From Anaerolineales bacterium (GTDB lineage Bacteria; Chloroflexota; Anaerolineae; Anaerolineales; E44-bin32), in the NCBI GenBank assembly GCA_046537745.1, contig JBKHKF010000001.1, positions 1 through 34,828 of the forward strand: a DNA stretch of 34,828 nucleotides. Reading direction: 5' to 3'. Positions 9,538 through 16,753 of the stretch are shown piece by piece. Numbering within the stretch: the stretch's first letter is position 1; each line of letters opens with the position of its first letter. A program made the position numbers and the translations under genes. Under the pieces are notes generated by a model, which worked only from the letters and a program-made list of their open reading frames with translations, searched no databases and was not told the DNA's origin.

Positions 9538-9566
9538 ATAATAGCAACACCTAGGATCATTGTCAA
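9538..9566 (-). promoter_or_regulatory. Sigma-70-type promoter for the ArsR-type regulator
   Basis: On the minus strand: TTGACA (9566-9561), a 17-nt spacer, then TATTAT (9543-9538). This lies about 55 nt upstream of ATG 9483. An 8-bp inverted repeat TGCTATTA (9508-9515) / TAATAGCA (9539-9546) overlaps the -10. Confidence 0.5.
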
Positions 9567-9645
9567 GAGGCAATTTTTTGGTAAGCCGGAGATTAAATGG
9601 ACAAGGCCGCGGTGGGCCGCAACCTTGTGACGTTCGCTGTTGCCC

Positions 9646-12069
9646 TCAGACGGAATCGATCAACTCGGTCTCATAGGCCGGTCGAAGCTGGCCTGCTTCA
9701 TCGCGCCAATGGGGGAGCCAGAGTACGCCGAAGAGTTCGACATGGATGTCCTTGTGGCGCGGGGTCAGCACCTCCTGCTTCAGCGTTTCCGCTTTCTCCA
9801 CCCAATGCTCACTCAGTTCATCAAGCTCCTCCCCCATCTCCAATTCAAGCTCCTCCAAATCCTGCTGGAACTCGGCGATGACCTCCTGGGATTCATCAAG
9901 GTCGGCCTTGGCTTTCGTGGTCATCCGGCGTTTGGAAAGCGAGGAAGAGACCCGGCGGCGACTGCGTGAACCGCCCAGAAAACCGAGCAGATTCTCAGCG
10001 TGAGTGGCCCACTCCTCCATGCGGCGGGAGGAGAGATCGGCCATGTCCTCGGCCAGCTCCCGCTCCTCACGACTTATCTTATTCTTCAGGGAATCGATCT
10101 TCTTCTGATACTTTTTCTTAATCTCCTGCGCCTCCTCATCCCGACGTTCCGTCGCCTCCTCCAGACATCGCTTGCGAAAATCCTCCTCCAGCTCATCTGG
10201 CGCCGCCACCAAATCCAATTCTGGGTTAGCCATCAGCGAAAGCTCGGCCGTCCGGTAAAGATAGTCGTCGAAATCCTTCTGCAGCTGATTCATCAACGAA
10301 TCATCATTGAGCGGGGACTCAAGTGCCTGGTATTCGGGCTGCCCTCTTGGTACTTCGGAGAGCTTTTCAAATGGAATCGGCCGCACCCTGTGTTCCTCCC
10401 ATCTGACCATGCCCCGACGGTCCGGCTCGGCTGCCACGACTGCGATGCTGCGGATCTCGTCGATGCTCTCACTTCGATCGAGAAAGCGAACGGCGGCCTG
10501 CCCGAATAAAGCAGGTTGATAAACCAGTGATGCCCCGGCCTGATCCTGACTCAATGCCAGGAAGCGCTCGGCGGCACTGGAGGGCACAGCCGGGCGAGAT
10601 CTACTGAAGGCAGCGTCGCTCTTGACCGCCTCGGTTTTTTCAACCGGCTTTTTGTGCAGCGGCGCCCCACCAACTTGTTGGCTCAGCTTCTTGATCTGAG
10701 GCAATGTTAGCGGTCCAGCCAGGTAGGCCATCGCCCAGCGGGTTTGAAACACCTTGGGCGCCTTTTCATGAACGTTATGAAGCAAAAACACGCGTTTCCC
10801 TAAACGGGCAATGGTCCCATCCGCCTGCTTACGGTCAAACCCACCTTTCCCGCCGGACGCCGATTCCAGCCCGTCGAGCAAGCGGTTCTTATCCTGCTCC
10901 GTTTGCAACCGGCCGATGAACCAGGTGCCGGCATTGCTCAATGCTTTGTAATCCAGGTCAACCGGATTCTGGGTGGAGAGCAGCAGTCCAAGCCCGAAGG
11001 CTCGCGCCTGCTTTAGTAACCGCAGAAAGGTCGGCTTCGACGGCGGCACCGCGGTCGGCGGGAGATAGCCAAAAACCTCATCCATGTAGAACAGCGCTCT
11101 CAAGCCGCTTGAGCCGGCCTGGCCTCGCATCCACGCGTCCAGCGCACCCAGCAGCAGGGTCACAAAGAACATCCGCTCGGACTCGGGCAGGTGGGCCAAG
11201 TAGAAGACTGTCTGTCGGGGTTTACCCTCCACCGTCCACAGCAGCCGGTCGATGTCCAGCGGTTCCCCGACTGTCCACGCCTCAAAGGAGGGGGATGCCA
11301 GCAGACTGTTCAGGGTCATCGCCAATTCGAAACGGTCCTTCTGCGGGAAGAATTGATCCACCTCCAGCGCACCCAGCCGGGTCATCGGCGGGTTTTGAAT
11401 CTGCTGGATCAGCTCGGCCAAGTCCAGGTCCCGGCCGGCCTCCCAGGCTTGCTCCAGTAAATTCGAGAGCAGGATGTGCTCCCTTGACTTCACCGGGTCG
11501 GATTCGATATCCACCAGGCCCAACAGCGCGGTGGCCGTCGTCGAAATTTTGTCCCGAAAACGGTCCGGTGTTTCTTGCCAGTTCCCCGTCGGAGCTGAGA
11601 GCGCGGTCAGGATGTCCACCGGTCGGCCAGCCTGCGCCCCGGGTGTGTATAAGGCGTAATCGACGGCCTGCTGCACAGCCGCAATTCGATCGGGCTCAAT
11701 ATCCCATTCCTTTAAGCCGCTGCGCCAGATCTCGGCCGCTTCAGCGGCAGCCTGCTCCACACTCTTGCCTTGGCGTTTTGCGCCCTCGGCGTCGATCCAT
11801 GGCTCAAAGTCCGTGGATTGCAGCGTCGGGAAATGCAGCAGCAAATTGGCCAGATCCCCCTTGGGATCCACCAGCAGCGCTGGAATGCCCTGGAGAGCGG
11901 CTTCCTCCAGCAAATCTATGCACAGCCCGGTCTTGCCGGAACCGGTCATACCCACCACCACTCCGTGTGTGGTGAGATCGTCGGGATCGTAAAGCAGCGG
12001 TTCCGCCAGCCGCTCACCCTTCTCCACATCGAATGCTCTGCCAAGGTAGAAATCGCCGTTGGTTTTCAT
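9646..12069 (-). CDS. HerA/FtsK-superfamily (DUF87/DUF853-like) P-loop NTPase with a long C-terminal coiled-coil extension
   Basis: 807 aa. Walker A GMTGSGKTG. Walker B-like LFYMDEVFGY. LLSTQNPVDLDYKALSNAGTWFIGRLQTEQD is typical of HerA/YjgR-like ATPases. The last ~200 aa are highly charged heptad-like sequence. GAGGAG RBS upstream of ATG 12069. Confidence 0.85.
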   Translation of the reverse strand: MKTNGDFYLGRAFDVEKGERLAEPLLYDPDDLTTHGVVVGMTGSGKTGLCIDLLEEAALQGIPALLVDPKGDLANLLLHFPTLQSTDFEPWIDAEGAKRQGKSVEQAAAEAAEIWRSGLKEWDIEPDRIAAVQQAVDYALYTPGAQAGRPVDILTALSAPTGNWQETPDRFRDKISTTATALLGLVDIESDPVKSREHILLSNLLEQAWEAGRDLDLAELIQQIQNPPMTRLGALEVDQFFPQKDRFELAMTLNSLLASPSFEAWTVGEPLDIDRLLWTVEGKPRQTVFYLAHLPESERMFFVTLLLGALDAWMRGQAGSSGLRALFYMDEVFGYLPPTAVPPSKPTFLRLLKQARAFGLGLLLSTQNPVDLDYKALSNAGTWFIGRLQTEQDKNRLLDGLESASGGKGGFDRKQADGTIARLGKRVFLLHNVHEKAPKVFQTRWAMAYLAGPLTLPQIKKLSQQVGGAPLHKKPVEKTEAVKSDAAFSRSRPAVPSSAAERFLALSQDQAGASLVYQPALFGQAAVRFLDRSESIDEIRSIAVVAAEPDRRGMVRWEEHRVRPIPFEKLSEVPRGQPEYQALESPLNDDSLMNQLQKDFDDYLYRTAELSLMANPELDLVAAPDELEEDFRKRCLEEATERRDEEAQEIKKKYQKKIDSLKNKISREERELAEDMADLSSRRMEEWATHAENLLGFLGGSRSRRRVSSSLSKRRMTTKAKADLDESQEVIAEFQQDLEELELEMGEELDELSEHWVEKAETLKQEVLTPRHKDIHVELFGVLWLPHWRDEAGQLRPAYETELIDSV

Positions 12070-12092
12070 ACGCTATGCTCCTCGATCGGCCA

Positions 12093-13178
12093 TCATGGGA
12101 GGGCTGCTTGATACAGCCGCTCGAACTCATGTTGGTACAGGCCGAAAAGTTCCTCGCTGTCAATCAGCAGCAGATTCTCATCATTTCGCTCTTCGGCGCT
12201 TCGAGTGAAGTTGTAAGATCCGGTGATGACAAGCCTGCCGTCAATCAGGATCACCTTATGATGCATCGTGTTAGGATTGGTGTCCAGTCGCATGGACAAG
12301 CCGGCTTCCCGCAAGCGGTTCACGTCCGAACCAAGATCACCGACTCGCTTGGCCTCGAAAACCCCCCGAACCCGGACTCCCCGCCGCTCCGCCGCCAGCA
12401 AAGCCTCGGCAATCGGGTCTGATGTGAATACAAAGGCAAGCACATCGATGGAGCGCTCGGCGCGATCGAGGCTGCGAAGGATCCTGGCGAGCACGCCATC
12501 CTCCGGCGCAAAGGCCGTTTCCACCCCCGCCTCGCCTATCACCAAAAAGGGGTACGGAGTATCGGCCAGCGATAGCTCACCAAAGCGATCAGCCTCGAAC
12601 ATCTCCGCAAACTCAGTGGAGAAATTGGCCGCCATATCGGGGGAGTCGATCACCACCACGTTATTGTCGTTCCGGTACACACCATTCAGGGTCCAGTTCA
12701 TCGAGCCGGTCCACACCCACCGACCGTCGATGACGATGAATTTATGGTGCATCAAGGGCGGCCGGTCATCATAGTTGACGGGAATTCCGGCTTCCACAAG
12801 GTCGATGACCTCCGACCGATGGGCCTGGTCCGCCTCCATCACCACGCGCACCTGTACACCCCGGCGATGCGCCTCAATGAGTGCGTCGCGCACAGTCCAC
12901 AAGTTCAAATCATACAGCGCTGCCTCTACTCGTGTCTCAGCCAAATCGATGGCGGCTACCAGCTCCTCATCAGCTCCGCCCTGGAGCCTGGCTGCCGCCT
13001 GCGCGGAAGGTGGTCCGAAGAACGCGCTGATCGAGGAAGCCCCTTCAATTTCTCCACTCGTCGGTTCCGGCAGCGCCTCGTTTACTGGCCTCTGGCTCTG
13101 CCAGAACAGCGCCGCTGCAGCCAGCAGCACCGCCAGGCCAATCGCAGTGCGGAAAAATCCTTCACCCTCTTTCTTCAT
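12093..13178 (-). CDS. Membrane-anchored/exported phospholipase D superfamily protein with two HKD motifs (Nuc-like)
   Basis: N-terminal anchor or signal FFRTAIGLAVLLAAAALFW. HKD motifs HHKFIVIDGRWVWTGSMNWTLNG..NDNN and HHKVILIDGRLVITGSYNFTRSAEERNDEN. Confidence 0.85.
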   Translation of the reverse strand: MKKEGEGFFRTAIGLAVLLAAAALFWQSQRPVNEALPEPTSGEIEGASSISAFFGPPSAQAAARLQGGADEELVAAIDLAETRVEAALYDLNLWTVRDALIEAHRRGVQVRVVMEADQAHRSEVIDLVEAGIPVNYDDRPPLMHHKFIVIDGRWVWTGSMNWTLNGVYRNDNNVVVIDSPDMAANFSTEFAEMFEADRFGELSLADTPYPFLVIGEAGVETAFAPEDGVLARILRSLDRAERSIDVLAFVFTSDPIAEALLAAERRGVRVRGVFEAKRVGDLGSDVNRLREAGLSMRLDTNPNTMHHKVILIDGRLVITGSYNFTRSAEERNDENLLLIDSEELFGLYQHEFERLYQAALP

Positions 13179-13229
13179 ATCGGGTCAGCCGAAGAAACGA
13201 CCGGAGATCAAAGGACCCCCCTCATAACC

Positions 13230-14045
13230 TTACGGATCGAGCCAGTCGGGCTCTGGCACCTTCTGCGCCAGCTGATCCATCCGCCTGATGGGTTCATAAT
13301 CCTCGTCCGCCACAGCGGCCATGCGTACGAAGCCAGCTAAAGCCAGAATATCACGGCCCCGAGTGCTCTGGCCCATGGCCAACAACGCCGACTTCAACTT
13401 TTGGAACTGATCTGGATCCACATCACCAACGCAAACCCAAGGCGGTGCCGGGCTTGGGCCCAGGGTATCAATCACGCGAACCTGTCTCATCAGGTTCGGA
13501 TTTGAACGGGCAGCTAACGCAAGCACCGTGCTGTCAATAGCCGCAGCGTCAATCTTCTCCTCGAGCAGCAGCGACAACGCAGATTCATGGGAACCGGCCA
13601 CCAGTACCTGCTCGAAAAAGCTCCAATCCAACCCTTCCTGCGCCAGCCGCCAACGAGTGACATTGTAGCCGGAGTGGGAACCGGGCTCATTGATGGCCCA
13701 ACGGGCGCCTGCCAGGTCGAACCAACTTTCGAACTCCGAATCATGTCGCACAACGACATCGGAGAAGTAAATCGGTCGATTCCGGTAGCGATCCGATGCC
13801 ATCACAGGCGCTGCTACTGGCCAGACCGCTTTTGTCAGGTCATCCGCTTTCCTTACATAGGGCAGGCCACACAGCCAAAGCAATTGGATTTCCCCACGGT
13901 CGAATGCCAATTCCCTCTCCTGCCAGCTGATATCCCTGACAAACTCAACCCGCCAATCCGTGGCCGCCGCCAGCCATTCAGCCAGGCCGGCGACCATAGG
14001 ATCCATATTTGGCGCCATGCAAGATGAAATTCGCAATGGCCTCAT
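13230..14045 (-). CDS. PhnD/SsuA-like type-2 substrate-binding-fold protein lacking a signal peptide
   Basis: Features of the phosphonate-binding family: GEIQLLWLCGLPYV, WAINEPGSHSGY, KIDAAAIDSTVL. Start placed at MRPLRISSCMAPN (ATG 14045). The tracked upstream extension is Arg-rich and looks non-coding. Confidence 0.65.
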   Translation of the reverse strand: MRPLRISSCMAPNMDPMVAGLAEWLAAATDWRVEFVRDISWQERELAFDRGEIQLLWLCGLPYVRKADDLTKAVWPVAAPVMASDRYRNRPIYFSDVVVRHDSEFESWFDLAGARWAINEPGSHSGYNVTRWRLAQEGLDWSFFEQVLVAGSHESALSLLLEEKIDAAAIDSTVLALAARSNPNLMRQVRVIDTLGPSPAPPWVCVGDVDPDQFQKLKSALLAMGQSTRGRDILALAGFVRMAAVADEDYEPIRRMDQLAQKVPEPDWLDP

Positions 14046-14159
14046 TCTCCTTATCCCAACTCCAACCGGCGATCTCAGCCGGCGATAAATCCACAATCTG
14101 TAGCCCGTGGCTAAAGCGCGTCGGAATTCCGCAGCGCGCTTAAGCACCAAGTTTAAGGC

Positions 14160-14879
14160 CTAGAGGTTCTTGTCCCGCCGCGCCGCCAGCACCGGGATCG
14201 CCTCAATCTTCTCCTCTGGAAGCAAATCCCACAGAATCCCGGCCGGCCCCGGATCCCTTCGGGCACACGCGATCACTTGTTCCGGGCTGATAATCCAGTC
14301 CAGCGTGATGTCGTGGTTTTGATGCGGCAGCTCCTCCTCCACGATCTGCACCTCGTGTACAGTGGTGATAATCGGCGTTTCCCCATCCACAAGCCCCGCC
14401 TCGCGAGCCAGGCCAAACTCCAAATCCGAGTAGCCACCCCCCTTGCCAACCCTATGGCCCGCCCGATCGACCGCCACAGCCCCTGTCAGGATCAGATCAA
14501 TTTCCGGCATCTCTTCCAACCGGACCGGCCGTCCGTGCTGATCGGCGCCCTTGATGGTGGCTGCACGATCCAATTCATCCGGGGGGATTCTGGCAGGGTC
14601 CAACTCAATAAAGCACGCCATCTTTCGCAGCCTCGGCACGGCCATGTAAACTCGCTTGCCCGCGCGCAGTGCCAGCCGACGGGCGGGGATCTGCGGAGAA
14701 TCTGGATTCGCCTTTAGTGTCTTCGCTTTGGCCCAAACGTCAAGCTCATCCAGTCGATCCGCCGCGGCCTCCGCCCCGACAAAGTTCGGGATTCGCCCCT
14801 GCGCGCCCGGGAATCGGTCCACACCTTGCTGCTGCATCTCTTCCCAGATTTCCTGCCGGATGGCGACCTTCGAACTCAA
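14160..14879 (-). CDS. 5-formyltetrahydrofolate cyclo-ligase family protein
   Basis: IRQEIWEEM at the N-terminus, RIPNFVGAEAAA, and GKGGGYSDLE, which fits the 5-FCL family GxGGGYYD-type motif. Confidence 0.75.
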   Translation of the reverse strand: MSSKVAIRQEIWEEMQQQGVDRFPGAQGRIPNFVGAEAAADRLDELDVWAKAKTLKANPDSPQIPARRLALRAGKRVYMAVPRLRKMACFIELDPARIPPDELDRAATIKGADQHGRPVRLEEMPEIDLILTGAVAVDRAGHRVGKGGGYSDLEFGLAREAGLVDGETPIITTVHEVQIVEEELPHQNHDITLDWIISPEQVIACARRDPGPAGILWDLLPEEKIEAIPVLAARRDKNL

Positions 14880-14883
14880 ACGA

Positions 14884-15468
14884 TTACTTTTCCCGTGCTC
14901 GGTAGCGGAAGCAGCCGATTAAATGATCATCAATCATGCCGACGGCTTGCATAAAAGCGTAGCATACAGTGGGGCCAACAAATTGAAACCCGTGCGCTTT
15001 TAGATCACTCGCCATCGCCGCTGAGGTCTCATTTTTGGTTGGCAGCTCTTCCCAAGTTCGGGCTGGAGGCCCCTGCTGCGGCTCGCCGCCAACAAAATCC
15101 CAGAGATAATCGGAGAAACCCTCTCCCTGCGCCTCCATAGCTAACAGGGCCCTGGCGTTGGCAATAGTAGCTCCTATTTTCTTCCGGTTTCGTACGATGT
15201 TCGGATTGCCCATCAGCTGCTCAACCTTCTTCTGGTCGAACTTGGCGACTTCTTCCGGCCTAAAGTCCAAGAAGGCCTCGCGAAAACTATCCCGCTTGTT
15301 GAGGATCACCCGCCAGGAAAGTCCGGCTTGAAAGATATCCAGGCTCAAGTGCTCAAAGAGCGCCTGTCGATCGCGAACCGGAACACCCCATTCGCTGTCG
15401 TGATAGTCCGCCATCAATGGATCTTCCTGTCCAAAGCATCGTGTTCTGTTGCCGCTCTCCATCATCAC
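14884..15468 (-). CDS. tag: DNA-3-methyladenine glycosylase I
   Basis: RCFGQEDPLMADYHDSEWGVP, LFEHLSLDIFQAGLSW and the C-terminal CYAFMQAVGMIDDH parallel E. coli Tag. Confidence 0.9.
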   Translation of the reverse strand: MMMESGNRTRCFGQEDPLMADYHDSEWGVPVRDRQALFEHLSLDIFQAGLSWRVILNKRDSFREAFLDFRPEEVAKFDQKKVEQLMGNPNIVRNRKKIGATIANARALLAMEAQGEGFSDYLWDFVGGEPQQGPPARTWEELPTKNETSAAMASDLKAHGFQFVGPTVCYAFMQAVGMIDDHLIGCFRYRAREK

Positions 15469-15520
15469 TCCTCAATCCCACAGCGCCGCGTCAAATTGAA
15501 AGCAGGTGTACCATATCCAC

Positions 15521-16153
15521 ATGGTGAGAATCTGGCTAATCCCACTGGCACTGGCGTCGGGCGGGCTGCATATTCACGCTGAATACCAAGGCCGCCAATC
15601 TCGAATCTATCTCCTTAAGCCGCTCACAACCAGCCTGATAATCATCACGGCTATCGCCGGGCAGGACCCCATCAGCGGTGTCTACAAGATTTCCATCATC
15701 GTGGGTCTGATCTTCTCACTGATCGGCGATGTCTTCTTGATGCTGCCCGAGGATCGGTTTGTCGCCGGCTTAGTCAGCTTTCTGCTGGCGCACATCAGCT
15801 ATCTCATCGCCTTCACCGGCGACGCTCGTAACGTGATGACACTCTGGCTGGCAGCGCCTTTCCTGCTCTATGCACTGGTCTTCTACGTTTACCTGGCACC
15901 AGATCTGGGAAAGCAGCGCATCCCTGTCTTGATTTACACCATCGTTATCAGCTCGATGGCCTGGGCAGCATGGGGCCGATGGCTCCGTCTCGGCGGCATT
16001 GGAAGCATGCTGGCAGCGATTGGCGCCGTCTTGTTCGTTATTAGCGACTCGTCCCTGGCGTACAACCGCTTTCATAAGGAGCACCACTGGGGCCAGTTGT
16101 TGACCCTCAGCAGCTATTATCTTGCGCAGATGTTGATCGCCTGGTCAGTCTAG
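15521..16153 (+). CDS. YhhN-family membrane protein (lysoplasmalogenase-like)
   Basis: Multi-TM protein. MVRIWLIPLALASGGLHIHAEYQGRQSRIYLLKPLT aligns with the E. coli YhhN N-terminus as recalled. LIGDVFLM motif present. The GTG at 15506 is an alternative start. Confidence 0.8.
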   Translation: MVRIWLIPLALASGGLHIHAEYQGRQSRIYLLKPLTTSLIIITAIAGQDPISGVYKISIIVGLIFSLIGDVFLMLPEDRFVAGLVSFLLAHISYLIAFTGDARNVMTLWLAAPFLLYALVFYVYLAPDLGKQRIPVLIYTIVISSMAWAAWGRWLRLGGIGSMLAAIGAVLFVISDSSLAYNRFHKEHHWGQLLTLSSYYLAQMLIAWSV

Positions 16154-16205
16154 CCCCTATACTTAGATTGAAACGAACTTTTCATCAGATCACAGGAAGG
16201 AACGT

Positions 16206-16667
16206 ATGAAAGCTTATTTCGTCCAACATGCCGCTGCGCTTTCCGAAGAAGAAGACCCGGAACGGCCGATCTCCAAGCAGGGTCGCACCCAGGTGGAAGC
16301 CACGGCTAAATTTGCCCAGAAAGCCGGCGTTCAACTGGGCCGAATCTGGCACAGCGGCAAGAACCGAGCAGCCCAGACCGCCGAAGTGCTGGCTGATCGC
16401 TTAAAGCCCTCCTTGGGCGTTCGCAGCTCAGAGGAGCTGGGTCCGGTGGACAACCCGCGGGAGTGGGCGGGCCGGCTGGTGGAGATGGACCACGACGTGA
16501 TGCTGGTGGGCCATCTACCTTATATGGAGCGGATCACCAGCTTGCTGCTTGTTGGCGACCCCGACCGAAAAATCATCCAATGTCACAATGCCGGGATCAT
16601 CTGCCTGAATTACAGTAAGGATGAGTGGAGCGTCCAGTGGATCGTCACACCTGAACTCCTGAAATAG
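16206..16667 (+). CDS. sixA: Phosphohistidine phosphatase SixA-like (histidine phosphatase superfamily)
   Basis: 153 aa. The N-terminal FVQHAAA occupies the usual RHG position, and VGHLPYM is a SixA-like downstream motif. GGAAGG RBS upstream. Confidence 0.75.
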   Translation: MKAYFVQHAAALSEEEDPERPISKQGRTQVEATAKFAQKAGVQLGRIWHSGKNRAAQTAEVLADRLKPSLGVRSSEELGPVDNPREWAGRLVEMDHDVMLVGHLPYMERITSLLLVGDPDRKIIQCHNAGIICLNYSKDEWSVQWIVTPELLK

Positions 16668-16753
16668 CAACCCGATCCCATCGAAAGCCAATTTCCATCA
16701 ACAATGGCCGCTCGTCGCCGGCCATCTCACTTCATGACATAAAATTATTAGCT

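Noticed and set aside
10941-11975. 344-aa plus-strand ORF antisense to the HerA-like ATPase
   Set aside because: Pro/Arg/Ala/Ser-rich composition, typical of a shadow frame in GC-rich DNA. It has no motifs and lies entirely inside a strongly supported minus-strand gene.
12744-13340. 198-aa and 150-aa plus-strand ORFs antisense to the PLD gene
   Set aside because: Shadow frames inside a gene with two clear HKD motifs. No RBS and no motif.
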